Source of the DNA: Dehalococcoidia bacterium
Lineage (GTDB): Bacteria > Chloroflexota > Dehalococcoidia > Bin125
Assembly: GCA_022822375.1 (NCBI GenBank)
Contig: JAJEBU010000055.1
Coordinates: 70,695 to 134,694 of the forward strand
Direction of reading: 5' to 3'
Length of the DNA stretch: 64,000 nucleotides
Part shown: in pieces, positions 43,114 to 52,586 of the stretch
Layout of the letters: each line of letters opens with the position of its first letter
Numbering within the stretch: position 1 is the first letter of the stretch
Translations under genes and position numbers: made by a program
Notes under the pieces: generated by a model
The model's database searches: none
The model's input: only the letters and a program-made list of their open reading frames with translations
Told to the model about the DNA's origin: nothing

Positions 43114-44124
43114 CTACCGAAACTTGGGCATGACTTCGCGGGCGAACAGCTCGATGCTGCGGCGGGCCAGTTCGCGCGACGCGCCGGGCGGCACCGGCGA
43201 TGTGATCACGTGGTCGGCGGGAATCCAGTCCAGCGTGCGTTCGATCGACTCGATCACGTCGTCGGGCGTGCCGGCGACGAAGCGTGCTCGCAGATCCTCA
43301 TCGGTCTGATGCAGCAGCTGGCCCAACGGATCTTGCTCGCCGAGGTCCGAGGCATCGTTGTACCACTTGCCGTACGTGTCGCGCAGGTAGCGCTGATGCG
43401 GCCGCAGCTCCTCCCAGAGCGCCTCAGGATCGTCGCTGACGAATCCACCTGACGAGAGCAGCACGTCAAAGTCCGCGGGATCATCGCCCTGCGCTCGGAG
43501 AGCATCCGCCCAGGCGTCGTAGACCGGTCGATCGGCGACGATCATCAAGTTTGCGCGGAATCGCGCCGCTCGACGCGCTGCAGCGGCCGAGCGGGCGCCG
43601 ACCCACAGCGGGAACGGTTGCTGCACGGGCGGCGGCGTCACCGTCACGTCCTTGACCTGATAGTGGCGTCCGTCCAGCGAGACCGTCTCGCCGTTCAACG
43701 TCCGTGTGATGATCTCCAACGACTCGTCCATGATGCTCGCGCGGTGACGGCGGTCGACGCCGAAGCCCTCGAATTCCTCAATGCGGTAGCCGAGTCCCAC
43801 GCCGAGATCGAGGCGGCCGTTGGAGAGGATGTCCACCGTGGCTGCATCCTCGGCGACGCGGATCGCGTTGTGCAGCGGGAGGAGCAAGACCCACGTGCCG
43901 ATCCGCACCCGCGACGTCAGCCGCGAGATGGCCGCCGCGATCGGCAGCACCGACGGCGTGTAGCCGTCGTCGATGAAGTGGTGCTCTGTAATCCAGATGT
44001 GGTCGTAGCCGAGCTCTTCGGCGTACACGATCTCGTCCAGAATCTCGTCGTAGAACTGCGCCCACGGCTTGCGCCACTGGGGTGGATTGCGGAAGTCATA
44101 GATCAGGCCGAACTTGGGCATCAT
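43114..44124 (-). CDS. LLM-class (luciferase-like) flavin/F420-dependent oxidoreductase
   Basis: 336-aa ORF. AEELGYDHIWITEHHF and LSNGRLDLGVGLGY are typical of the bacterial luciferase family. Confidence 0.85.
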   Translation of the reverse strand: MMPKFGLIYDFRNPPQWRKPWAQFYDEILDEIVYAEELGYDHIWITEHHFIDDGYTPSVLPIAAAISRLTSRVRIGTWVLLLPLHNAIRVAEDAATVDILSNGRLDLGVGLGYRIEEFEGFGVDRRHRASIMDESLEIITRTLNGETVSLDGRHYQVKDVTVTPPPVQQPFPLWVGARSAAAARRAARFRANLMIVADRPVYDAWADALRAQGDDPADFDVLLSSGGFVSDDPEALWEELRPHQRYLRDTYGKWYNDASDLGEQDPLGQLLHQTDEDLRARFVAGTPDDVIESIERTLDWIPADHVITSPVPPGASRELARRSIELFAREVMPKFR

Positions 44125-44173
44125 TGGCTCCTCTCAGCAGGGTGCTTGAGTGCTCTACGTTAAGTGCTAGCGA

Positions 44174-45289
44174 ATGATGGGAGTCGATATGGAACTGGTA
44201 GACCGAGCCCGCGGCGCGATGGTTGGGCTGGCGGCGGGCAATCTGCTCGGGATCAAGTTTGAGTTCGGCTGGGATGCGAATCGGATTCGGCGGCACTACC
44301 CGAACGGGATCACGGAAATCGAGGCCAAGCCAGGATTCCCGGACGACGACGATCTCGCACAGGCGATCGCGCTTGCCGATGCCTGCACAGGAGTGGATCG
44401 GCTGGAGATTGAGGATTTCGCTCGCCATCTGTGGGAGTGGGCGGAGCTCAATGGCGCAGGAATGGGTCCGCATACGCGTCGCACGCTGCGTCGCTACGGA
44501 GGACACCATCCGCAGCGCGAACTCCGCAACGAGGTTCGTAAGGGCGTGCGTCCAACCGGTGAGGTTCGGAAGCCGGAGGGAATGAGCATCAGAGATGCCT
44601 CGTACGAGGCGTGGTACACGAGCAGATTGCGCTACCACGACTACAACGCCGGCAACGGTTCGATCATGCGTTGTGCGCCGGTCGCAATCCGCTGGTGGTA
44701 CGACGACCTCGAAGTCGTGCGCAGCAGCGTGGTCAGCGCCGCGGCGACGCATTGGGATCCGCGTTGTCTGTGGTCTGCGGCGTTGTCGAACCTGGCGACG
44801 GCTTCTCATCTACGCGCGCGACCTCAGGACATCGAACCAGTGCAGCTCCTGTTGCGCGTGCAGCGAGCGCTGCACGCGCTGTCCGCGGAGTGCGCTCAAT
44901 TCGATCTTGACCCGTTCGCACCACCGAAGCCGGTGCTCGATGCCCTGTTCTCCGCACTCGAGGAAGGCGCACAAGTCCAGGAACTCGGGCTGGAAGGCGC
45001 GAACAACGGCTATGTGATCGTCACGCTCAAGGCAGCGCTCTGGGCGGCAAAGCACCCCGAGTCGTTCGAACACGGACTGTCCGACGTCGTCTGCGCCGGT
45101 GGTGACACCGACACCAATGCCGCGGCGGCTGGCGCGGTTCTGGGCGCACGATTTGGAATCGATGCGATTCCTGCGCGTTGGCGGCAACGGATCGACGAGA
45201 TTCGCAGCGACAACGGCCCGCTCGGGGATTGGCCTGAGCGTCGAGCGCTGACCGAGTACGCCGACCAGCTATTGGAAGTCGGCAGCTAG
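44174..45289 (+). CDS. ADP-ribosylglycohydrolase family protein
   Basis: 371-aa ORF. GLAAGNLLG, GNGSIMRCAPV, GGDTDTNAAAAGAVLGARFG. Confidence 0.85.
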   Translation: MMGVDMELVDRARGAMVGLAAGNLLGIKFEFGWDANRIRRHYPNGITEIEAKPGFPDDDDLAQAIALADACTGVDRLEIEDFARHLWEWAELNGAGMGPHTRRTLRRYGGHHPQRELRNEVRKGVRPTGEVRKPEGMSIRDASYEAWYTSRLRYHDYNAGNGSIMRCAPVAIRWWYDDLEVVRSSVVSAAATHWDPRCLWSAALSNLATASHLRARPQDIEPVQLLLRVQRALHALSAECAQFDLDPFAPPKPVLDALFSALEEGAQVQELGLEGANNGYVIVTLKAALWAAKHPESFEHGLSDVVCAGGDTDTNAAAAGAVLGARFGIDAIPARWRQRIDEIRSDNGPLGDWPERRALTEYADQLLEVGS

Positions 45290-46209
45290 CGCCAGAGTTC
45301 GATGCTGCCGCCGAGCGAGACGTCCAGCAGCTCCGAGCGCGGCGCCACGTGATTGAGTTCATTCTTCACCGGCGCGAGCGAATCGGGGCCCGTCATGTCG
45401 TGCGTCATCGGCGGCATCCAGTCGTCGTGATGGCCGAGCACAACGCGTGGGGCGCGCAGCATGTCAGACATGCGTCCGACGAACTGCGCCAGCGAGCCTT
45501 GAATCGGCTCGCCATCGATGTTCGGCCGCCCGGCCATGGCAACGATCGCGACGTCTGGTCGCATGTTTTGCACGACGCCCGTCCAACAGCCTGAGGTGTC
45601 GTGATAGAACAGCGAGCCGTAGGGCGTGTCGATCAGGTAGGCCAGCGCGCCGCCGGTGTCATTCGAGCCGAGACAGGTCGATACGTGATCGATCATCTGA
45701 GTCTGTGCTTCAGGTCCGAGATCCTGCGACCGCTCGCCGAGCGATCCGCCGATATCAAGTGACCCACGCTGGCCCCAACGCTCCTCCTCGGTCAACCCGT
45801 ACTGTCCGAGCACCACCTTGCCAGGGTCCCACGACCCCTGCGTCCAGATGCACGAGTGCAGGCTGGGGAAGACCTCAACCGTGACGTCCTTGGATATGCG
45901 GTGACGTTCGCCGCCCTGCGAACGCAGTAGCTGATTCTCCGAAATGCCCGCTTCGATCAAGACGCGGGCAGACTCGTTCGAGCCAATCACCGGTGCGCCC
46001 GTGTTCTCGGCGATCACCTCCGCGCCGGCAATGTGGTCGAAGTGCGAGTGACCCACCAACACCGCGTCAGCGCGCGAAATGTCCGCCGCGGTCAATCCGA
46101 CATCAGGCGCGAGCGGCACGCGGTCGATGTACGCGTCGAGCATGATCACCGTGTCATCGACCTGCAAGCGAAAGGTCGCGCAGCCAAGCCAGTCAAGGGT
46201 GACAGTCAT
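45286..46209 (-). CDS. MBL-fold metallo-hydrolase
   Basis: Track ORF trimmed to the ATG at 46209 (MTVTLDWLG), preceded by GGAGAC. HxHxDH motif VGHSHFDH. Confidence 0.85.
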   Translation of the reverse strand: MTVTLDWLGCATFRLQVDDTVIMLDAYIDRVPLAPDVGLTAADISRADAVLVGHSHFDHIAGAEVIAENTGAPVIGSNESARVLIEAGISENQLLRSQGGERHRISKDVTVEVFPSLHSCIWTQGSWDPGKVVLGQYGLTEEERWGQRGSLDIGGSLGERSQDLGPEAQTQMIDHVSTCLGSNDTGGALAYLIDTPYGSLFYHDTSGCWTGVVQNMRPDVAIVAMAGRPNIDGEPIQGSLAQFVGRMSDMLRAPRVVLGHHDDWMPPMTHDMTGPDSLAPVKNELNHVAPRSELLDVSLGGSIELWR

Positions 46210-46252
46210 TTGGGGGTCTCCGATCGTTGTGGTCGGAGGGTAGTGGTTTGGA

Positions 46253-46609
46253 CTACACGGGCAGGTGTTCAATGGGAACGAGTCGTTGGCCCTGAGGATC
46301 AACGGCGAGCTCCAGACCCTCAAGCGTGAACGCGCCGAGCAGGAGTTGACCAGTGTTGCTGCCGAACGCCACCGTAGTAATCCGACGACGATCTTCGAAC
46401 GTGATCCACACGTGTCCGATTTCCATCTCGATCTGCTGATTGTCGGCTAACCGGAACGTGATTCGGTCAATCGGCTCGACGCCAAGTTCTTGCAGCAGGT
46501 AGCTGGGAAGGACCGAGTAGAACGCGCCAGTATCAACCACAGCTTCGACCTCAACTGAGCTCTGTCCGGTGAGGTCGCTAATGGAGATCGGCTGACTGAA
46601 GATTCCCAT
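46253..46609 (-). CDS. retropepsin-like (clan AA) aspartyl protease, single domain
   Basis: 118-aa ORF. VVDTGAF active-site triad D-T-G-A. C-terminal LLLGAFTLEGL resembles the retropepsin ILG motif. Starts 16 nt after the tyrS stop, with a GGGAGATAGGGA run upstream. Confidence 0.65.
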   Translation of the reverse strand: MGIFSQPISISDLTGQSSVEVEAVVDTGAFYSVLPSYLLQELGVEPIDRITFRLADNQQIEMEIGHVWITFEDRRRITTVAFGSNTGQLLLGAFTLEGLELAVDPQGQRLVPIEHLPV

Positions 46610-46625
46610 GGCGATCCCTATCTCC

Positions 46626-47903
46626 CTATCTCGGTACGATCCGATACCACTTGCGACGGCCGACTCTCAGGATGGCGCCTGACTGAATGGTCACGTTCTG
46701 GTCCTCGACGACCTCGCCGTCGACTCGGACCGCGCCTTGCGCGACGAGGCGCTTCGCCTCGGCACGGCTGGGAGCGGCGCCGATCTCGTGGAGCAGGACG
46801 GGCAGCGCGACGTCCACCGTGTCTGCGCCGCCGAAGTCGAACGGCGCGTCGGGAATCTCGTCGGGGGCCTGTCCCTGCGAGACCGTGCGCGTCCACTCCT
46901 TCTCAGCTGCATGTGCGGCGTCCGCCGAGTGCCACTCGGCGACGATGGTCCTCGCCAGGCGACGCTTGGCATCCATTGGTTTCAGCTCGCCCGATTCGAG
47001 CGCTGCCGCGATCTGGTCCACCTCCGCGTCTGACAGATTGGTGCCGTAGTCGAAGAAGCGCACGATCGAGGCGTCGGGGATCGACATCGCTTTGCCGTAT
47101 TGGGCATCGGGCGGCTCGTCAATGCCGATGTAGTTGCCAGTGCTCTTGGACATCCGCTGGCGACCGTCGGTGCCGACCAGGATCGGTGTCAGCACGGCGA
47201 CCTGGGTCGGACGCGCCTGGCGGGACTGCAGCGTGCGTCCGCAGAGAATGTTGAAGGTCTGATCGGTCCCGCCCAGCTGCACGTCTGCTTCCAGCGCAAC
47301 CGCGTCGTAGCCCTGCATCAATCCGTACATGAATTCATGCACGTAGACCGGGTCGCCGCGCTCAATGCGGTCGCGGAAGGTGTCGCGGCCCGTGAACTGC
47401 TGCACCGTAAAGTTGGACGCCAGATGAATCACGTCCCCGAAGGACATCTGACCCAGCCACTCGCTGTTGCGGCGCACTTCGGTGCGCTCTGGATCGAGCA
47501 GTTTGAACGCCTGATCGCGGTACGTGGCAGCGTTGGCCTCCAGCACTTCAGCCGCCTGCATCGGGCGGAGGGAGTCTTTGTCCGACGGGTCGCCGACCAG
47601 CCCGGTGAAGTCCCCGATCAGCAGGATCGACTGATGACCCAGCTGCTGGAACAAGGCCAGCTTGCGCAGCGTGACGCAATGGCCGATGTGCAGGTCGGGC
47701 GACGTCGGGTCGACGCCGAGGTAGACGCGCAGCGGTCGATCGTTGATCAGTGATTCGGTCAACCGCTCGCGCAGCTCGGTTTCCATGGTTCGGCGCGTGG
47801 CATCATCGCCATAGGCGGTGCCGCGCATGATCAGCGCGTGCTGCCGTTCAACTTCCGCGACAATCTCCGGGGGGACATGCTCAGCGGTCTCTTCGCGGCT
47901 CAT
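46626..47903 (-). CDS. tyrS: tyrosine--tRNA ligase
   Basis: 425-aa ORF. HIGH motif (DLHIGHCV), KMSKS, C-terminal S4 domain (RLVAQGAVRVDGEVV). Confidence 0.95.
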   Translation of the reverse strand: MSREETAEHVPPEIVAEVERQHALIMRGTAYGDDATRRTMETELRERLTESLINDRPLRVYLGVDPTSPDLHIGHCVTLRKLALFQQLGHQSILLIGDFTGLVGDPSDKDSLRPMQAAEVLEANAATYRDQAFKLLDPERTEVRRNSEWLGQMSFGDVIHLASNFTVQQFTGRDTFRDRIERGDPVYVHEFMYGLMQGYDAVALEADVQLGGTDQTFNILCGRTLQSRQARPTQVAVLTPILVGTDGRQRMSKSTGNYIGIDEPPDAQYGKAMSIPDASIVRFFDYGTNLSDAEVDQIAAALESGELKPMDAKRRLARTIVAEWHSADAAHAAEKEWTRTVSQGQAPDEIPDAPFDFGGADTVDVALPVLLHEIGAAPSRAEAKRLVAQGAVRVDGEVVEDQNVTIQSGAILRVGRRKWYRIVPR

Positions 47904-48868
47904 GCGCCTGATCTCGATTCTGGGACGATGTCCATGTCGGCCAACAGCTCGCGCGCCGCGTCGCGGTCGCGGCCGATCTGTTCTACGAGCGCGTCGATGC
48001 CATCGAACTTGCGCTCGCCACGCAGTCGCTGCACGAACTCAACGCGCAGGTCTGCGCCGTAGATGTCCTCGTCAAAGTCGATGATGTGGCACTCAATCGA
48101 GAGCGCACCGCCGTCATCGAACGTCGGACGCGTGCCGATGTTGGTGACCGACGGCACCCGGCGAGTTCCCAATCGGGCGATCGTCGCGTACACGCCCGGC
48201 GCCGGGATGCTGCGGTCATTGCCGACCGCGACGTTGGCGGTCGCGAAGCCGATGCTGCGCCCGCGCTCGAAGCCCACTACGACCGGACCGTGCAGCGAAT
48301 AGCGACGGCCCAGCAGGTCGCCCACGCGATCGACTGCGCCCGCCTCAAGCGCCGCGCGAACCTCCGTCGACGACACCTTGTCTTGCGAGTTGTCGCTGAG
48401 CAGCGGCACGACCTCGACGGAGAATCCCAGTTCGCCGCCCAGCTGGCGCAGCGTCTCCACATCGCCGCCGCGCTGACGTCCGAGCGCAAAGTCCTCGCCG
48501 ATGATCAAGCACTTCAGCTGAAACTCGTCCACCAGCATGCGGACGAAGTCACCCGCGTCGGTCAGCGAGAACTCGGACGTGAATGAAACCGTCGCGACGG
48601 CGTCGAGGCCGGCCTGTTTGATCAGCGACAGTCGATCTTCCAGCGACGACACGTACTCGGTGGTCAGGTCGGGCCGCAGCACCTGTCGCGGGTGCGGGTG
48701 GAAGGTGATCGCCGCCGCCGCGAGGCTGTGTGCGCGGGCTCGCTCGACGACATGGCGCAGGACCATCTGATGGCCGCGATGGACGCCGTCGAACACGCCA
48801 ATGGTGAGCGCCGTCGGCTGTCCCGGCGCCGCTCGTCGCAGCTCCTGGCGAGCGAGCTCCGTTACCAC
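47900..48868 (-). CDS. ribF: bifunctional riboflavin kinase / FAD synthetase
   Basis: 322-aa ORF. GVFDGVHRGHQ. C-terminal kinase domain GFATANV...YGADLRVEF. Confidence 0.9.
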   Translation of the reverse strand: MVTELARQELRRAAPGQPTALTIGVFDGVHRGHQMVLRHVVERARAHSLAAAAITFHPHPRQVLRPDLTTEYVSSLEDRLSLIKQAGLDAVATVSFTSEFSLTDAGDFVRMLVDEFQLKCLIIGEDFALGRQRGGDVETLRQLGGELGFSVEVVPLLSDNSQDKVSSTEVRAALEAGAVDRVGDLLGRRYSLHGPVVVGFERGRSIGFATANVAVGNDRSIPAPGVYATIARLGTRRVPSVTNIGTRPTFDDGGALSIECHIIDFDEDIYGADLRVEFVQRLRGERKFDGIDALVEQIGRDRDAARELLADMDIVPESRSGA

Positions 48869-48962
48869 GGCTGGCAGCCTTCCTCAGGGCGTCTCACGTT
48901 GATCGTCAGCGTATCAGCAGACCGCTCACCAGATCGTCCGCTGCCACAGCTGGGGTGATCGG

Positions 48963-51425
48963 TCAGTTGGCGACGAAGTTGAGCAGCTTGTCCGGCACCC
49001 AGATCACCCGGTGCAGCGTCTTGCCGGCAATCTGCGCCAGCACTCGCTCTGAGTCACGAGCCGCTGCCTCTGCGTCCTGCTGCGAGGTTCCCAACGGCAG
49101 GTCCAGCTTGTCGCGCAGCTTGCCGTTGACCTGGACGACCACCGTCACCGTTTCGGCGCGCGCCAGCGACTCATCGAACTCCGGCCAGCGCTGCTCATGG
49201 ATCGATCCCGAGTGGCCGGTCTGCTGCCACAACTCTTCTGTGATGTGCGGGGCAGACGGGGCCAGGCAGAGCAGCAGGGCATCAATCGCCTCGCGCCATG
49301 CCGCCGCGTCGACCGTTCCCTGCTCACGGATCGCCTGCAACTCGTTCGTGAACTCCATCATCGCCGCAATCATCGTGTTGAAGCGGAATCGCGCGATGTC
49401 GTCGCTGACCTTGCCGATCATCCGATGCGTCGCGCGGCGGATCGCGTCGGCGTGCTCTGTACCGCTGTCGACGGGCTCAAGCGCCAGGTTCCAGACACGG
49501 TTCAGCCAGCGCCATTGCCCCGAGATGCCGCTGTCGTCCCAATCGCCGCCGGCCTCCCAAGGGCCGAGGAACATCAGGTACAGCCGCACTGTGTCCGCTC
49601 CGTATCGCCCCACCCACTCATCGGGATTGACCACGTTGCCGCGTGACTTTGACATCTTGGCGCCGTCTTTGGTGATCGTGCCTTGGTTGAACAGTTTGGC
49701 GAACGGCTCATCGATGCTCAGCACGCTCATGTCGCGCGCGGCCTTGGCGAAGAACCGCGCGTAGAACAGGTGCATCACCGCATGTTCAGCGCCCCCGGTG
49801 TAGGTGTCGACCGGCAACCACTGATCGGCCAGCTCAGCGCCGATCGGTGCGTCGTGATTGTGCGGGTCCACGTAGCGGTACATGTACCAGTTGGAGCACA
49901 TGAACGTGTCCATCGTGTCGGTCTCGCGCCGGCCAGCCTCGCCGCAGACGGGACAGTCCACATTGACAAATCCCTCATGCCGCGCCAGCGGCGATGCGCC
50001 AGTCGGCAGAAACTCCGCATCGTCGGGGAGCAGGACGGGCAGGTCATCTTCGGGCACGGGCACGGTGCCGCACGATTCGCAATAGATCATCGGAATCGGC
50101 GCACCCCAGTACCGCTGACGAGAGATCAGCCAATCCCGCAGCCGATACGACACGGTGCGACCGCCCAGCCCGATCTCGTCTAGCGCATCGGCGACGGCCA
50201 GCTTGCCGTCTTGCCAGTCTGTGCCGTCGAACTGGGCTGAGTTCACCATGCGGCCCGGCCCGGTGTACGCCTCAGCCAGCGATTGTCCATCCCAATCGGG
50301 CGGAGCGATCACGACGGGAATGTCGATGCCGCGCTCGGATGCAAACGCAAAGTCGCGCTCATCATGCGCCGGCACGCCCATGACCGCGCCCGTTCCATAG
50401 GTCAGCAGTACGTAATCGGCGATCCAAATCTGGATATCGTCGCCCGTGAACGGATGCTTGGCGTACGCGCCGGTGAAGACGCCGGTCTTTTCGCGCTTGG
50501 TCGATTGCCGCTCGATCTCGTTTTGGCGTCGCGCCTGCTCGATGTACGCCTCGACCTCGACGCGGCGATCTGCGCTCGTCAGCTCCGCGACCAGCGGATG
50601 CTCGGGAGCGAGCACCATGAAGGTGCAGCCGAACAGCGTGTCGGGTCGCGTCGTGAAGACCGTAATCCGATCCTCGCCACCGATCGTTCGGCCCAGCGGG
50701 AAGGAGATCTCTGCGCCCTCCGAGCGTCCGATCCAGTTACGCTGCATCAGCTTGATCGGCTCTGGCCAGTCCAGACCGTCAAACTCCAGCAGCTCGTCCG
50801 CATAGTTGGTAATGCGGAACATCCACTGTTCCATCTGCTTCGCTTCGACGATCGACTCGCAGCGCTCGCAGACTCCGATGCCTTCGTCGTTGCGGTTGAC
50901 CTGCTCGTTGGCGAGGACCGTGCCACAGCCTGGACAGAAGTTGCAGTCGGCCGAACCTCGGTAGGCCAGACCATGCTCGTACAGCTTCAAGAACCACCAC
51001 TGAGTCCAGCGGTAGTACTCAGGGTCCGACGTAGCGAACTCTCGCGACCAGTCGAACGACGCGCCCATCGTCTTCATCTGGCGCGTCATCGCCTCGACGT
51101 TGTTGTACGTCCACTGCTTGGGATGAGTGTTGTTGTTGATCGCGGCGTTCTCGGCCGGCAAGCCAAACGCGTCGTAGCCCAATGGGAACAGCACGTTCTT
51201 GCCCTGCATCCGCAGCCAGCGTGCCGCGGTGTCCGACGGCGAGATCGCATACCAGTGGCCGATGTGCAGATCGCCGCTGGTGTAGGGCAGCATGGTCAGG
51301 AAGTAGTACGGCTCGCGCGGGTCGTCGTTGTCAACGCGGTAGAGCTCGTCCACGTCCCAACGCTGGCGCCAGCGCGGCTCGAGTTCTGCAGGATCGTACG
51401 GTGGGATTGGGGTCGCGGTCGTCAT
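48963..51425 (-). CDS. leuS: leucine--tRNA ligase
   Basis: Track ORF trimmed to the ATG at 51425 ([12 protein letters not shown]...EPRWRQRW). HIGH (DLHIGHWY), KMSKS. Confidence 0.95.
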   Translation of the reverse strand: MTTATPIPPYDPAELEPRWRQRWDVDELYRVDNDDPREPYYFLTMLPYTSGDLHIGHWYAISPSDTAARWLRMQGKNVLFPLGYDAFGLPAENAAINNNTHPKQWTYNNVEAMTRQMKTMGASFDWSREFATSDPEYYRWTQWWFLKLYEHGLAYRGSADCNFCPGCGTVLANEQVNRNDEGIGVCERCESIVEAKQMEQWMFRITNYADELLEFDGLDWPEPIKLMQRNWIGRSEGAEISFPLGRTIGGEDRITVFTTRPDTLFGCTFMVLAPEHPLVAELTSADRRVEVEAYIEQARRQNEIERQSTKREKTGVFTGAYAKHPFTGDDIQIWIADYVLLTYGTGAVMGVPAHDERDFAFASERGIDIPVVIAPPDWDGQSLAEAYTGPGRMVNSAQFDGTDWQDGKLAVADALDEIGLGGRTVSYRLRDWLISRQRYWGAPIPMIYCESCGTVPVPEDDLPVLLPDDAEFLPTGASPLARHEGFVNVDCPVCGEAGRRETDTMDTFMCSNWYMYRYVDPHNHDAPIGAELADQWLPVDTYTGGAEHAVMHLFYARFFAKAARDMSVLSIDEPFAKLFNQGTITKDGAKMSKSRGNVVNPDEWVGRYGADTVRLYLMFLGPWEAGGDWDDSGISGQWRWLNRVWNLALEPVDSGTEHADAIRRATHRMIGKVSDDIARFRFNTMIAAMMEFTNELQAIREQGTVDAAAWREAIDALLLCLAPSAPHITEELWQQTGHSGSIHEQRWPEFDESLARAETVTVVVQVNGKLRDKLDLPLGTSQQDAEAAARDSERVLAQIAGKTLHRVIWVPDKLLNFVAN

Positions 51426-51515
51426 AGGATCAGCGTACACGCGAGTATCTTGACAGTTCAGCGCCATTGTCGCGTTGCGTGCCACGACCGCAGCCGAGAG
51501 AGGAGACAGGCAACC

Positions 51516-52013
51516 ATGACCGATGGACCGCTGGTCGGGGTGATGATGGGTTCACACTCCGACTGGGAGACGATCAAGAACACCGCCTCGACGCTCGAGT
51601 CGCTCGGTATCAGCTGGGAGGCGCGCGTGCTCTCCGCGCACCGCACGCCCGACGAGACCGCCGAGTACGCCGCGACCGCTCAGGAGCGGGGCATCAAGGT
51701 GATCATCGCCGCCGCCGGCGGCGCCGCCGCGCTGCCCGGCGCTGTCGCCGCCAAGACGCCCATTCCCGTGATCGGCGTGCCCGTCAAGGGCTGGGCCACC
51801 GACGGTCTGGACTCACTGCTCTCGATGGCCCAGATGCCGCGCGGCGTGCCCGTCGCGACGGTGGCCATCGGACGCACCGGCGCGGTCAATGCCGCCCTGC
51901 TCGCCGGGAGGATTCTCGCGCTCTCCGACGCCGACATCGCCGAAGCGGTTGCTCGCGACGGCCGCCAACGAGCCGAAGAGCAGCTGAGCCAGCCGCATCC
52001 CACATTGGACTAG
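51516..52013 (+). CDS. purE: 5-(carboxyamino)imidazole ribonucleotide mutase
   Basis: C-terminal 165 aa of track ORF 50283..52013. ATG at 51516 preceded by GAGAGAGGAGA. GSHSDW and SAHRTP. Confidence 0.9.
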   Translation: MTDGPLVGVMMGSHSDWETIKNTASTLESLGISWEARVLSAHRTPDETAEYAATAQERGIKVIIAAAGGAAALPGAVAAKTPIPVIGVPVKGWATDGLDSLLSMAQMPRGVPVATVAIGRTGAVNAALLAGRILALSDADIAEAVARDGRQRAEEQLSQPHPTLD

Positions 52014-52043
52014 TCCGGGATTAGTCCAGGAATAGTCCGTGAG
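52011..52043 (+). repeat. three tandem 11-bp repeats TAGTCCnGGAn in the purE-def spacer
   Basis: TAGTCCGGGAT / TAGTCCAGGAA / TAGTCCGTGAG at 52011, 52022 and 52033. The first TAG is the purE stop. The third unit runs into the def RBS. Confidence 0.7.
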
Positions 52044-52055
52044 GCGGAAGCCGCG

Positions 52056-52586
52056 ATGACCGTCCAGGCGATTACCACTCTGCCCCGTGATGCCGACGTC
52101 CTGCGCACGCCGGCCAAGCGTGTGCGCAACTTCGATGCCTCGCTGCGCTCGCTCGTCGCGGACATGATCGATTCGATGCACGCCGCGAGCGGCGTCGGCA
52201 TCGCCGCACCGCAGATCGGGGTCGGGTTGCGCGTCGTGGTCATCGGGATGCCTGGCGAGCGGCCCTTCGTGATGGTCAACCCTGAAGTGGTCAAGCGCAG
52301 CGGTGAGCGCTCCCTGATTGAGGGCTGTCTGAGCGTGCCTGGCTACCGAGGGCGCGTGACCCGTTCCTCACGCGTCCTGGCCAAGGCGCAAGACATCTCG
52401 GGACGCGAAATCCGGGTCCGAGCAGAAGACGACCTGCTCGCTCAATGCCTCGAGCACGAAATCGACCACATCAACGGCCGCGTCTACATCGATCACGTGC
52501 CGAGCTTTGACCAACTCTGGTCGATCGACGAGATGATCGCCGACGACGAAGACTCCGATGACTTCGACGAACCAGACAGACCGTAG
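52056..52586 (+). CDS. def: peptide deformylase
   Basis: 176-aa ORF. GIAAPQIG, EGCLS, HEIDH. Confidence 0.95.
   Translation: MTVQAITTLPRDADVLRTPAKRVRNFDASLRSLVADMIDSMHAASGVGIAAPQIGVGLRVVVIGMPGERPFVMVNPEVVKRSGERSLIEGCLSVPGYRGRVTRSSRVLAKAQDISGREIRVRAEDDLLAQCLEHEIDHINGRVYIDHVPSFDQLWSIDEMIADDEDSDDFDEPDRP

Noticed and set aside
44142-44168. Three (A)GTGCT motifs in the LLM / ADP-ribosylglycohydrolase divergent spacer as an operator
   Set aside because: The spacing is irregular (7 and 14 nt), the motif is short and there is no dyad symmetry. This is not distinguishable from chance.
50283-51515. N-terminal 411 aa of the 576-aa ORF 50283..52013
   Set aside because: It is antisense to leuS. Only the last 165 aa are PurE-like, and these start at an ATG with a strong RBS.
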